This document shows, one piece after another, positions 1 through 9,869 of a stretch of 64,000 bases of DNA. The stretch is from a bacterium (GTDB taxonomy: Bacteria; Patescibacteriota; Microgenomatia; Levybacterales; UBA12049). How positions within the stretch are numbered: the first letter of the stretch is position 1; each line of letters opens with the position of its first letter. The notes under the pieces are model-generated. The model had not been told where the DNA came from, did not search any database, and saw only the letters and a list, made by a program, of their open reading frames with translations. The position numbers and the translations under genes were made by a program. The DNA is taken from the NCBI GenBank assembly GCA_021813145.1, contig JAKALS010000002.1, positions 35,595 to 99,594 on the forward strand, in the 5' to 3' direction.

Positions 1-30
1 CAAAGGCCGCAAAAACTTTTTTCAAATGGC

Positions 31-59
31 TTCTAAAAATTTAGATATTATGGTATAAT
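31..59 (+). promoter_or_regulatory. Candidate sigma70-type promoter: -35 TTCTAA (31-36), 17-bp spacer, extended -10 TGGTATAAT (51-59)
   Basis: Seen in sequence directly upstream of the first plus-strand gene. Extended -10 TGn-TATAAT consensus is exact. Confidence 0.3.
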
Positions 60-90
60 TTTGGCCTGTCTCCTTTTCCAGCAAAAAAGC

Positions 91-654
91 ATGGGACTTC
101 GCGATAATAATACACAAAAAGGTATGGATAGCATCGATTTGGATAAACAGTCCTTTCAGAGTATTACTCACGGCGTTTTGAGAATCGAAGAAATTATTCT
201 CCTTATAAAGGAGTTCCTCGAGGAAGATCCTGACGCCGAATACAGCCTTGTTATAGGTACGGATTCGCATGAAAAAAACGGGGAAAAAAGAAAACCTTCC
301 GACGGTAAAACAATAAATGTTGTCACAGCAATTCTCATTCACAGAAAAGGTTTCGGCGGCAAATACTTTTGGATAAGGAAAGACATAAAAAATATTCATA
401 CGTTAAGGCAGAAAATATATGCCGAGACACTTACCTCGCTTAATTTTGCCACATCCTTTGTACCGCTATTAAGGAAAGGCCTTAACGGCCATTCTCCCAA
501 TTATAATCTGGAAATACATGTAGATGTCGGCGAACACGGAGACACAAGGGAAATGATAAAAGAAGTAGTAGGAATGGTAACAGGAAACGGATTTGTCGCA
601 AAAACCAAACCAGAGGCTTATGGAGCTTCTTATGTGGCAGATAAACATACCTAG
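91..654 (+). CDS. DUF458/YkuK-like (predicted RNase H-fold) protein
   Basis: ORF-track frame 61..654 begins with TTG; the first ATG is at 91 (alternative 124). Motifs VIGTDSH, TAILIHRKGFGG and HVDVGEHGDT resemble the YkuK/DUF458 family from memory. Not searched. Confidence 0.4.
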   Translation: MGLRDNNTQKGMDSIDLDKQSFQSITHGVLRIEEIILLIKEFLEEDPDAEYSLVIGTDSHEKNGEKRKPSDGKTINVVTAILIHRKGFGGKYFWIRKDIKNIHTLRQKIYAETLTSLNFATSFVPLLRKGLNGHSPNYNLEIHVDVGEHGDTREMIKEVVGMVTGNGFVAKTKPEAYGASYVADKHT

Positions 655-674
655 ACAAAGTTATAAAGTATAAA

Positions 675-1085
675 GTGAAAATGAAAAAGACAAAAGCTAA
701 AACATTGGAGTGGGAGCAAGCGAAAGAAGTAAAAAGAGACATATTGCATATAATCAAAACGTTAAAACTTGAATATATAGACCCAAAAAGAATCTTCTGT
801 TACAGAACTTTCGGTTCGAAATCCCGTTCATACGCAAGAATTTGGACGTTCCCTAAAATCTTTCAGGATGCTCTGGGTATCGAGCCCTCATACGTGATAG
901 AAGTCCTTTCAAAATACTACGACAAATTGGACGATGACAGAAAAAAACAGGTTCTTATACACGAGCTCCTGCATATTCCAAGAAATTTTTCCGGCGCCCT
1001 TGTCCCCCACAGATCAAGAAACAGAAAACTGGAAACACAGGTGGTAAAATTATTTAAGGAATATAAAAAAATAACCGAGGAATAA
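675..1085 (+). CDS. Small HExxH metal-dependent hydrolase, DUF45/YgjP-like
   Basis: Motif IHELLHIPRNFSG...H resembles the DUF45 HELxHxxxxNHS signature. 136 aa. Confidence 0.35.
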   Translation: MKMKKTKAKTLEWEQAKEVKRDILHIIKTLKLEYIDPKRIFCYRTFGSKSRSYARIWTFPKIFQDALGIEPSYVIEVLSKYYDKLDDDRKKQVLIHELLHIPRNFSGALVPHRSRNRKLETQVVKLFKEYKKITEE

Positions 1086-1775
1086 ATGATTACCATAATT
1101 CACGGAGACGACCTTTCAACGTCGCGAAACCACTATTTATCGGAAAGACAAAAAACAAAAAATCCTGTTATTTTTGAAGGAGGAAAACTTTCTCTTTCCG
1201 AGCTTTTACAAAGCCTGGAGGGAGGTTCACTTTTTAACGAAGAAAAGAATATATTTATAGAAAATTTCTTTTCCTCAAAAAAAGCCAATCCTGAATTTAA
1301 AAAGATAATCGAAATTATCCAAAATAATAAAAGCGCAAATATTGTATTTTGGGAAAACACGGAGCTTTCGAAAACGGACTTGAATTCCGTAAAAAATCCG
1401 GTTGTCCGATTGTTTAAAGTACCTCAAAACCTTTTTAATTTTCTCGACGGAATAAAACCTTCGGACAAAACTTCGATAAAACTTTTTCACCTGCTCTTAC
1501 AAGAAATGGAACCCGAGTTTATATTTTACATGGTTATACGGCAATTCAGGCTACTTCTGGCCGTTTCGGATATCAACTCGAATGAGAAGATAGACGAAGT
1601 AAAAAGACTTGCCCCCTGGCAGATTACAAAACTGAAAAGACAAGTTTCATTATTTGGAGAACAAAAACTCAGAGAAATTTACAATAAACTTTATCTTATA
1701 GACATGGAGCAAAAAACGGGGAAATCTTCATTTAACCTGCCTCAAGCCATTGACTTTTTTCTCCTCGGCTTATAA
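1086..1775 (+). CDS. holA: DNA polymerase III delta subunit (HolA)-like, short form
   Basis: N-terminus MITIIHGDD and overall pattern resemble HolA. Stop of the upstream gene abuts this start. At 229 aa it is shorter than canonical delta. Confidence 0.45.
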   Translation: MITIIHGDDLSTSRNHYLSERQKTKNPVIFEGGKLSLSELLQSLEGGSLFNEEKNIFIENFFSSKKANPEFKKIIEIIQNNKSANIVFWENTELSKTDLNSVKNPVVRLFKVPQNLFNFLDGIKPSDKTSIKLFHLLLQEMEPEFIFYMVIRQFRLLLAVSDINSNEKIDEVKRLAPWQITKLKRQVSLFGEQKLREIYNKLYLIDMEQKTGKSSFNLPQAIDFFLLGL

Positions 1776-1784
1776 GATTAGGGA

Positions 1785-3173
1785 ATGAATATAGACCCTA
1801 AAATCTTCAAATCATATGATATCCGCGGAATATATCCTACTCAAATAAATGAAGAAAACATAGGTCAGATCGTGAAAGCTATCTATAAATTTTTTTATGA
1901 ATCCATAGGCAAATCCCAACCCACAATTCTTCTTGCTTATGACATGAGAATTTCCGGTCCGGCACTCTTTGAAATCGCCAAGAAAACATTGGTGGAAATG
2001 GGCGCGGACGTTATAGATGCAGGTCAGCTTTCCACTCCGTCATTCTATTTTGCCGTATTTCACTACCAATATGATTGTGGAATCCAAATAACCGCTTCCC
2101 ATAATCCTAAAGAGTGGAATGGCCTCAAATTCGTAAAAAGCACGCCTAAAGGACTTATCAAAATAGGAAAACCTACAGGCATGGATGAAGTCCAGAAATT
2201 GGCCCAACAGGAAATTGTATTTACACCCACCCAAAAGGGAAAAGTAACTGCAAAGACGGGTATCCTGGAGGATGAAGTTAAAACAACTCTTGATTTACTC
2301 GGAAATCCCGAGGTGAAAAAGTTTAAAATTGTTGCAGACCCGGGAAATGCAATGGGGGCGCAATATATAGAGGCATTGTTCGAAAAAGTACCTGCCGATT
2401 TAATAAAGATGAACTTCGAACTTGACGGAAATTTTCCCGCGCATGAGCCAAACCCACTCAAATTCGAAACGCTTAGGGACTTGCAAAAAAGGGTAATAGA
2501 TGAAAAAGCGGATCTTGGAATAGCTACCGACGGGGACGGAGACAGATTGTATTTTATAGACGAGAAAGGACAAATAGTCCCTGCGACCAGCATAACTTCC
2601 ATTGTTGCAAGAGAGTTGCTTAAGAAATATCCTGGAGAATTAATTTATTTTGATATCAGGGATATTCTCGGACCGCAAAAAATAGTAGAAGAATACGGCG
2701 GAAAATCGGAAATAGTCAGAGTTGGACATGCATATATCACGGAAGCGATGAATAAAACAGGCGGAATATTTGCGGGCGAGTCCTCGGGACATATGTTTTT
2801 CAGAACAAACGGAAATTCCGAATCAAATATGCCGATAATATTAATAATTCTGCAGGTATTGACCGAAGAAAAGAAAACTTTATCCGAAGTGGTCGAAATG
2901 TTAAGAAGAAGTTACGAGTCGGGAGAATTAAACTTTGAGGTATCAAATTCAAAAGAGATACTGGATGCATTAAAAGAAAAATATAAAGACGGTAAATTCT
3001 GGGATCTGGACGGAGTTTCCGTATCGTACGATAATCCGGTCTGGAGGTTTAATGTCAGAACTTCCAATACGGAGCCGTTATTAAGGCTAAACGTCGAATC
3101 TTACGACAAAGATTTAACCGCTCAGAAATTTAATGAGTTAAAAAATTTCATACAATCAATTGCAAAAAAATGA
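1785..3173 (+). CDS. Phosphomannomutase/phosphoglucomutase (alpha-D-phosphohexomutase)
   Basis: YDIRGIY N-terminal motif, active-site TASHNP, Mg loop DGDGDR and GESSGH motif. Confidence 0.85.
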   Translation: MNIDPKIFKSYDIRGIYPTQINEENIGQIVKAIYKFFYESIGKSQPTILLAYDMRISGPALFEIAKKTLVEMGADVIDAGQLSTPSFYFAVFHYQYDCGIQITASHNPKEWNGLKFVKSTPKGLIKIGKPTGMDEVQKLAQQEIVFTPTQKGKVTAKTGILEDEVKTTLDLLGNPEVKKFKIVADPGNAMGAQYIEALFEKVPADLIKMNFELDGNFPAHEPNPLKFETLRDLQKRVIDEKADLGIATDGDGDRLYFIDEKGQIVPATSITSIVARELLKKYPGELIYFDIRDILGPQKIVEEYGGKSEIVRVGHAYITEAMNKTGGIFAGESSGHMFFRTNGNSESNMPIILIILQVLTEEKKTLSEVVEMLRRSYESGELNFEVSNSKEILDALKEKYKDGKFWDLDGVSVSYDNPVWRFNVRTSNTEPLLRLNVESYDKDLTAQKFNELKNFIQSIAKK

Positions 3174-4204
3174 CGGACTTAAATAATCTCGAAGAAATAA
3201 AAAAACTGGACCCTAAGAATGTTTACGGTTCTACCGAAATGCTAGCAAGTCAATGCGAGCAAGTCTTCGAAGATGTGAACAAACTTCCCCTTCCTACTCT
3301 CGAGCCGGCAAATATCGTCATTTGCGGAATGGGAGGCTCGTCTTATGGCGGACATGTACTTAAGGCACTATTTTCAGATTCTATGAAGGTTCCAGTAACA
3401 GTCGTTAATGACTATCATCTTCCAGCTTTTGCAAATTCTTCAACTCTTGTCTTTCTTACGAGCTATTCGGGGACAACCGAAGAAACACTCTCCTGCGCAA
3501 AAGAGGCGGTTGAGAGAAACTGTGCCATAGCAGGCCTTACAAGCGGAGGAGAATTGGAAACTTTCCTTAAAAATGGAAATTATCCCCATTATATTTTCGG
3601 TCCGAAATTTAATCCCTCGGGACAGCCACGCCTCGGAACGGGTTATATAGCCTTCGGGACGCTTGCGGTATTTGGGAAGATGGGTCTTGTCGAACTTCCC
3701 GAAACCGAAGTGCGGGATGCGATAAATCTGTTAAAAACCGAAACCGACAATATAAAATCGGAAGCCAAACGGATGGCCCCGTTACTGCAAAATAAAATAC
3801 CGTTAATAATTGCCGCGGAGTTTTTGGAAGGAAATGCTCATATTGCAAGAAACCAAATGAACGAAACCGCAAAAAGTTTTTCCGATTTTGCGGTTCTTCC
3901 GGAACTGAATCACCATTTAATGGAAGGGTTAAAATATCCGACAAAAGATATAGTTGCTTTATTTTTCAATTCTGCCCTTTATTCCGAGAAAATTCAAAAG
4001 AGGGTGAGTCTTACGAAGGACGTTATAGAAAAGAATGGCCTTTCGGTTCTTGAATACGATATAAAAGGAGACAGTAAATTGGCACAAATGCTCAATGTTT
4101 TGTCTTTTGGAGGGTATCTCTCCCTTTTTCTTTCATTGCTTTACAAAGAAGATCCAAGCCTTATTCCATGGGTAGATTACTTTAAAGACCAACTGAAAAA
4201 ATAA
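3170..4204 (+). CDS. Bifunctional phosphoglucose/phosphomannose isomerase (SIS-domain, archaeal-type PGI/PMI)
   Basis: SIS motifs ICGMGGSSYGG and FLTSYSGTTEET. ATGA start/stop overlap with the phosphohexomutase gene. Confidence 0.7.
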   Translation: MTDLNNLEEIKKLDPKNVYGSTEMLASQCEQVFEDVNKLPLPTLEPANIVICGMGGSSYGGHVLKALFSDSMKVPVTVVNDYHLPAFANSSTLVFLTSYSGTTEETLSCAKEAVERNCAIAGLTSGGELETFLKNGNYPHYIFGPKFNPSGQPRLGTGYIAFGTLAVFGKMGLVELPETEVRDAINLLKTETDNIKSEAKRMAPLLQNKIPLIIAAEFLEGNAHIARNQMNETAKSFSDFAVLPELNHHLMEGLKYPTKDIVALFFNSALYSEKIQKRVSLTKDVIEKNGLSVLEYDIKGDSKLAQMLNVLSFGGYLSLFLSLLYKEDPSLIPWVDYFKDQLKK

Positions 4205-4251
4205 GAGTACTCCCCTTGCAAAAAAGGCTTAAAAGTTCCAATAATAGTAAT

Positions 4252-6525
4252 ATGACTGCCAAATCCAAGTATGTAGCATGGTTTAATGAGGTTGATAAAG
4301 AAGACGTACAACTGGTAGGAGGAAAAGGCGCAAACTTAGGAGAAATGACACAGGCGGGATTTCCTGTCCCTAACGGATTTATTATAACTGCGCAGGCTTA
4401 TTATAAATACATAAAAGACAACAACCTTTCGGTTAAAATAAGACACCTTTTAGAAACGGCAAACTTTGAGAATCCCGACTCCTTAAATCAGGTTTCCAAA
4501 CATATTAAAAAAGTGATAATCGAGGGAAAAATTCCCGATGAAATAGTGAAAGATATTTTCACTTCCTACAGTAAACTCGGAAATGCTTTTAACGATTCCC
4601 TTGTTGCCGTGAGGTCATCGGCGACCGCAGAAGACCTTGCAAACGCTTCTTTTGCGGGACAGCAGGAAACTTATCTTAATGTACAGGGAGAGGCGGTTCT
4701 TCTTGAGAAAATAAAAGAAGGGTATGCTTCCCTTTTTGATGCCAGGGCTCTTTTCTACAGACATCAACAGCACTATGACCATATGAAAGTAGGAATCGCT
4801 CTTGTGGTACAGAAAATGGTCGAATCGGAACAGTCCGGAATAATGTTTACGATTGACCCTGTAACGAACGATAAGTCTAAAATTATAATAGAAGCTATTT
4901 ATGGACTTGGCGAACTTATTGTGGGGGGAATCGAAAACCCCGACCATTACGAAGTCCGAAAAAGCGATTTATCGATACTTGTAAAAAGGCCTTCTCTGCA
5001 AAAGAAAATGCTGAAGAAATCGGGCAATAAGGATAAGGAAATAAAACTAACCGAATCGCAGGGCAAGAGACAAAAAATAACGGATGGGGAAATTCTTACA
5101 TTAGCAAAACTGGGACTAAGGCTTGAAAAGCACTACTATTTTCCCCAGGACAGCGAGTGGGCCATAGAAAAAGGTAAAGTTTATCTGGTACAGACTAGGG
5201 CGGTAACGACAGTAAATGAAAAAAAACAGTCGAGAAAAGAAACGCAGGAAATAGAAAATACCTCGAGAGTTCCGATATTAAAAGGCGATCCTGCCAGCCC
5301 CGGAATCGCGGCGGGGCCCGTTAAAGTAATAGAAAGCGCAAAAGAAATCGGAAAGATATTGCCGGGAGAAGTTCTTGTCGCTCCCCAGACAAATCCGGAT
5401 TATGTGCCTGCAATGAAAAAGGCCGTTGCCATAGTAACAAACAGCGGAGGAAGGACTTCGCATGCTGCAATCGTCTCAAGAGAGCTCGGTATTCCGGCTG
5501 TTGTGGGAACGGAAAAAGCAACGAAAACCCTTAAAACAGGCGAGGTTGTAACGGTCAACGGAACAAAAGGAGAAATTTATAAAGGAGGACACCTTACGTC
5601 GAATATGAACGTGAATGTCGTTGATCCTTCTAAATTCATTAAAACGGCAACAAAAGTGTACGTTAATCTTGCCGAGCCTGAACTTGCCGAAAAAATATCG
5701 CACGAAAACGTAGACGGCGTAGGGCTTTTAAGGGCGGAATTCATGATGGCGGGAATAGGCATACATCCTAAAAAACTCATAAGAGAAGGTAAAAAACACG
5801 TTTTTGTAGAGAAACTCGCTGAAGACTTGGAGATGTTTTGTAAAGCATTCAACCCCAGACCTGTTGTCTACAGAGCTTCCGATTTTAAGACCAATGAATA
5901 CCGGGCCTTAATAGGAGGACGCGAATTTGAACCGGAAGAGCCTAATCCGATGCTCGGATACAGAGGGGTTTACAGATATATACACGACCCCGAAGTTTTT
6001 GAACTTGAACTCGATGCTATAAAAACAGTAAGAAATAAAATGGGCCTTAAAAATTTATGGCTAATGCTTCCTTTCGTTAGAACGGTAAAGGAACTTGAAG
6101 AAGTAAAAAAATTAATAAATCTTTCGGGATTGCAGCGTACACCCAGTTTTAAATTATGGATGATGGTAGAAATCCCTTCTAATGTAATACTTTTGGACGA
6201 ATTTATAAATGTCGGAATAGACGGTATTTCAATTGGATCCAACGACCTGACAATGCTTCTGATGGGAACCGACAGGGACAATGATGAAGTAGCTCCGGAG
6301 TTTAACGAAACAAATCCCGCAGTTTTATGGGCACTAGAGCACATAATAAAAACTGCTCATAAACACGCAATCACGGCTTCTATATGCGGACAGGCCGCAT
6401 CTACCTATCCTTCCCTTGTTGAAAAACTTGTCGAATGGGGCGTAACAAGTGTATCGGTATCCCCCGATGCGGTCGATCATACAAGAAAACTCATAAGGGA
6501 AGTTGAGAAGAAAATAATAACTTAA
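4252..6525 (+). CDS. ppsA: Phosphoenolpyruvate synthase (pyruvate, water dikinase)
   Basis: ATP-grasp LVGGKGANLGEM, phosphohistidine domain GGRTSHAAIVSRELGIPAVVG, and a C-terminal PEP-utilizing TIM barrel. The track ORF starts at TTG 4216; ATG at 4252 fits homolog N-termini better. Confidence 0.8.
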   Translation: MTAKSKYVAWFNEVDKEDVQLVGGKGANLGEMTQAGFPVPNGFIITAQAYYKYIKDNNLSVKIRHLLETANFENPDSLNQVSKHIKKVIIEGKIPDEIVKDIFTSYSKLGNAFNDSLVAVRSSATAEDLANASFAGQQETYLNVQGEAVLLEKIKEGYASLFDARALFYRHQQHYDHMKVGIALVVQKMVESEQSGIMFTIDPVTNDKSKIIIEAIYGLGELIVGGIENPDHYEVRKSDLSILVKRPSLQKKMLKKSGNKDKEIKLTESQGKRQKITDGEILTLAKLGLRLEKHYYFPQDSEWAIEKGKVYLVQTRAVTTVNEKKQSRKETQEIENTSRVPILKGDPASPGIAAGPVKVIESAKEIGKILPGEVLVAPQTNPDYVPAMKKAVAIVTNSGGRTSHAAIVSRELGIPAVVGTEKATKTLKTGEVVTVNGTKGEIYKGGHLTSNMNVNVVDPSKFIKTATKVYVNLAEPELAEKISHENVDGVGLLRAEFMMAGIGIHPKKLIREGKKHVFVEKLAEDLEMFCKAFNPRPVVYRASDFKTNEYRALIGGREFEPEEPNPMLGYRGVYRYIHDPEVFELELDAIKTVRNKMGLKNLWLMLPFVRTVKELEEVKKLINLSGLQRTPSFKLWMMVEIPSNVILLDEFINVGIDGISIGSNDLTMLLMGTDRDNDEVAPEFNETNPAVLWALEHIIKTAHKHAITASICGQAASTYPSLVEKLVEWGVTSVSVSPDAVDHTRKLIREVEKKIIT

Positions 6526-6526
6526 T

Positions 6527-7786
6527 ATGGCAAAGATAAAACAAATATCGGCAAGAGAAATTTTAAATGCAAAAGGGATTCCGTCCGTAGAAGCAACCGT
6601 AATGCTTAATGACGGGAAAATAGGGACAGCTTCGTGTCCGAGCGGTACGTCGGTTGGAAACTACGAGGCAAGCGAATTAAGGGACCACGACGAAAATCAT
6701 TTCCAAGGTAACGGAGTATTAAAGGCAATAGCAAGTGTCCAGGACGTAATAGCGCCCGCGCTTTTGGGAATGGAAGCTACAAAACAACCCGAAATCGACA
6801 AAAAAATGATAGAAATGGACGGTACGCAAAATAAAGGAAGGCTTGGGGCTAATGCTATACTCTCGGTGTCTATGGCTGTTGCCAAAGCCGCAGCAAAGAG
6901 CTCTCTTTTGCCTACATTTTTATATCTTAGGGAATTTGTTCAAAAAGGAAATACTCCTGTTAAAATCCCTACACCGATTTTTAATGTATTAAACGGCGGA
7001 AAACACGCGGGCGAAAATATAGACTTTCAGGAATTTATGATGATTCCCGCTTCCTCAAAAAGTTACAGCGAATCCTTAAACATGATATATGTTTTATATC
7101 AATCCCTTAAAAAAACTCTGGAACAGAATAACTTAACAACTCTTATAGGAGACGAAGGCGGATTTGCACCGAAGCTTCCCAGCAATAAGGACGGATTAAA
7201 TCTTTTAAAAAGCGCAATTGATACTACATCTTTCCGTTTTGGATTCGACGTTTTCCTCGGCCTTGACGTTGCCGCAACAAACCTTTTTACCGAAGGAAAA
7301 TACCATATTAAAGATAAGACAATGCCTATGTCGGGCAGCGATATGATTTCGTTTTATCAGGATATCAATAAAGAATTTCACCTTTTATATCTTGAAGACC
7401 CTCTCGCGGAGGATGATTGGAGCTCTTGGTCGAACCTTTATTCACAACTTTCACAGCAAACACTTCTTGTGGGAGACGACCTGACCGCAACAAATCCGTA
7501 CAGGCTCCAGATGGCTCTGGACAAGAAGGCTATAACCGGGATAATCATAAAGCCCAATCAGATAGGAACCGTAATCGAAGCTCTTGCGGTAGTTGAGGTG
7601 GCAAGAGAAATGGGACTCAAGATTATCGTTTCTCACAGAAGCGGTGAAACTAACGACGACTTTATAGCAGACTTTGCCGTTGCCGTTTCTTCGGATTATG
7701 TAAAATTCGGCTCTCCAGTAAGAGGAGAAAGAGTCGCAAAATACAACAGGCTTTTGGAGATAGAAAGAGAAATCAAATCACTTTAA
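6527..7786 (+). CDS. eno: Enolase
   Basis: Canonical N-terminus AREILNAKGIPSVEATV, SGTSVGNYEA and IKPNQIGT motifs. Confidence 0.95.
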   Translation: MAKIKQISAREILNAKGIPSVEATVMLNDGKIGTASCPSGTSVGNYEASELRDHDENHFQGNGVLKAIASVQDVIAPALLGMEATKQPEIDKKMIEMDGTQNKGRLGANAILSVSMAVAKAAAKSSLLPTFLYLREFVQKGNTPVKIPTPIFNVLNGGKHAGENIDFQEFMMIPASSKSYSESLNMIYVLYQSLKKTLEQNNLTTLIGDEGGFAPKLPSNKDGLNLLKSAIDTTSFRFGFDVFLGLDVAATNLFTEGKYHIKDKTMPMSGSDMISFYQDINKEFHLLYLEDPLAEDDWSSWSNLYSQLSQQTLLVGDDLTATNPYRLQMALDKKAITGIIIKPNQIGTVIEALAVVEVAREMGLKIIVSHRSGETNDDFIADFAVAVSSDYVKFGSPVRGERVAKYNRLLEIEREIKSL

Positions 7787-8479
7787 ATTAAAAAGGACGA
7801 CAAACTCCCCTTTCGGATTTGTTTTTTCAAAATGCTTTTGTAATTCGGTAATTTTTCCACGCCTTATTTCTTCGTGCATTTTTGTAAGCTCTCTGGCAAG
7901 CACAACTTCTATATCTCCAAAAACTTCCTGTAATTCTTCCATAGTCTGTTTTATTCTAAATGGCGACTCGAACAATATTACCGTCTGCGGAAGAATTTCC
8001 AAAGTCTGTTTCATTTTCTTAAGCGCCTCATTCCTGTGGCCGGGTTTTTTTGGAAGAAAACCTACAAACATGAATTTATCCGTCGGAAGCCCGGATGACG
8101 TAAGCGCCGCAAGCACGGAAGAGGGTCCGGGAATTGATTCCACTTTAATATCCGAATTTACACACTCTCTTATAAGCCTGAATCCGGGGTCGGAGATTGC
8201 CGGAGTGCCTGCATCCGAGATAAGCGCAAAGCTAAAATCTTTTTTTAAAAGATCCAGCACTTCGGGGATCCTCTGCTGTTCATTTTCCTCATAATAAGAG
8301 ACAAGTCTTGCCTTATTTTTAAAATCCGGGAAGTTTTCTTTAAGACTTTTTAACAGAACCGAAGAGGTCCTGGTGTCTTCACAAAGTATAAAATCAACTT
8401 CACCAAGAACGGCAATGGCTCTTAATGTTATATCTTGTAAATTCCCGATCGGTGTTGATACAATGTACAAGGCGCCCAT
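7778..8479 (-). CDS. rsmI: 16S rRNA (cytidine1402-2'-O)-methyltransferase RsmI
   Basis: LYIVSTPIGNLQDITLRA and ILCEDTR tetrapyrrole-methylase-like motifs. 3' end overlaps eno by 9 nt (convergent). Confidence 0.85.
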   Translation of the reverse strand: MGALYIVSTPIGNLQDITLRAIAVLGEVDFILCEDTRTSSVLLKSLKENFPDFKNKARLVSYYEENEQQRIPEVLDLLKKDFSFALISDAGTPAISDPGFRLIRECVNSDIKVESIPGPSSVLAALTSSGLPTDKFMFVGFLPKKPGHRNEALKKMKQTLEILPQTVILFESPFRIKQTMEELQEVFGDIEVVLARELTKMHEEIRRGKITELQKHFEKTNPKGEFVVLFNLK

Positions 8480-8485
8480 AAAAAT

Positions 8486-9112
8486 ATGCTTGGACAGCTT
8501 TCAGGTTTTATTATACATCTAATCCAATCCTCAGGCTATTTTGGAGTATTTTTTCTGATGATACTCAATGCCGCTGCAATTCCTTTTCCTTCCGAAGTAA
8601 CGCTTCCATTCGCCGGATTTTTATCCAATCAGGGACATTTATCCTTAACCTTTGTGATAATTGTGGGAATATTGGGTGATTTGGTTGGTTCGGCGATAGG
8701 TTATGGAGTCGGATATTTTTTGGAAGAGGCATTAATTCTTAATCTGATTAAAAAATACGGAAAATTTATCCTTCTGACAGAGCACGATTATCAAAAAGCA
8801 ACAGGCTGGATTAAAAAATGGGGAGCGCCTTTTGTTTTCGTAGGCAAAATGACTCCCGGAATAAAATCATTTATTTCCGTTGCCGCAGGTATAACCGAAA
8901 TAAATTTTGTAAAATTCATAATCGCAAACCTTCTGAGCGCAATCGTATATGTAACAGCCGTTTCGTCCGTAGGATATTACCTCGGAAGCAAATGGAATAT
9001 TTTAGGGGGATATTTTAGAAGATTCGAACTTGTAATAGTAATTTTAATTTTGATAGCGGCAGCTTTGTATGTTAATTATAAACTCAAGATTGTAAAACTG
9101 CGAAGAAAATAA
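8486..9112 (+). CDS. DedA/SNARE-associated family membrane protein
   Basis: Polytopic. DedA signature VGKMTPGIKSFISVAAGI. Confidence 0.7.
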   Translation: MLGQLSGFIIHLIQSSGYFGVFFLMILNAAAIPFPSEVTLPFAGFLSNQGHLSLTFVIIVGILGDLVGSAIGYGVGYFLEEALILNLIKKYGKFILLTEHDYQKATGWIKKWGAPFVFVGKMTPGIKSFISVAAGITEINFVKFIIANLLSAIVYVTAVSSVGYYLGSKWNILGGYFRRFELVIVILILIAAALYVNYKLKIVKLRRK

Positions 9113-9742
9113 CTACTGGAATCTTCTTACAAGCCCTACTACTTTCCCCTGGATTATTAAAGAGTTTGGATAAATAGGCTCCATTTCCGAGTTAGCGGGC
9201 TTTAGAACGACTCTGCCGTCTTCCCTGTAAAACTTCTTAAGCGTCGCCAGATTATCGTCGACAATGGCAACCACAATATCTCCGTTATCGGCAACATTTA
9301 CTCTTTCTATTACCACATAGTCTCCGTCAAAAATACCTTCTTCTATCATTGAATTTCCTTTTACCTGAAGTGCGTAAGCGGTCTTTCCCCCTGAAATCAT
9401 ATTAGCGGCAACATAAATAGACGCGTTGGGATCCGTATGCGGCTCCAAAGGCTGTCCGGCGGCAATAAAACCCATTAAAGGAAGCTCTATCGCGGGTTCG
9501 CTGCCAAGCATCGATAAGGTTACTTTTTCGTCTATTATCTTAAGGACTCTTGTATTTCCGTCTACTTTTTGTACATATCCTTTTTCGACAAGAGAGCGTA
9601 TAAGTGTATGAACCGTGGAATTGCTTTTGTGTCCCGTTGCTTTTGCTATTTCAGCCAGTGTAGGAGAATATCCGTATTGCCTTTGAAATTGGGCAAGGAA
9701 TTCCAAAACTTCTCTTTCTTTTCGATACAAGACACCGGCCAT
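9113..9742 (-). CDS. lexA: LexA repressor (S24 peptidase)
   Basis: N-terminal wHTH (GYSPTLAEIAKATGHKSNSTVHTLIRSLVEKGY). C-terminal S24 catalytic region (GNSM...GDYVVIER...K). Divergent from uvrB. Confidence 0.85.
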   Translation of the reverse strand: MAGVLYRKEREVLEFLAQFQRQYGYSPTLAEIAKATGHKSNSTVHTLIRSLVEKGYVQKVDGNTRVLKIIDEKVTLSMLGSEPAIELPLMGFIAAGQPLEPHTDPNASIYVAANMISGGKTAYALQVKGNSMIEEGIFDGDYVVIERVNVADNGDIVVAIVDDNLATLKKFYREDGRVVLKPANSEMEPIYPNSLIIQGKVVGLVRRFQ

Positions 9743-9772
9743 ACTATTATTTTATACGAAAATTATTAGAAC

Positions 9773-9789
9773 TTTGTCAAGAAGACAAA
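9773..9789. promoter_or_regulatory. Perfect palindrome TTTGTC-AAGAA-GACAAA in the lexA/uvrB divergent intergenic region; candidate LexA (SOS) operator
   Basis: Seen in sequence. 6-bp arms are exact reverse complements. Located between divergently transcribed lexA and uvrB. A -10-like GATAAAAT follows toward uvrB. Confidence 0.35.
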
Positions 9790-9869
9790 CTGACTCAGAC
9801 ATAATCATCCGGGTTTTAATGATACCCAGCTTATGATAAAATATAGAGTCAATTTAAGTACAATTTATT

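Noticed and set aside
22-399. 125-aa minus-strand ORF
   Set aside because: It lies entirely antisense to the DUF458 gene with no independent support. It is likely a spurious AT-rich ORF.
2063-2602. 179-aa minus-strand ORF inside the phosphohexomutase gene
   Set aside because: It is antisense to a well-supported conserved gene, and its composition is biased.
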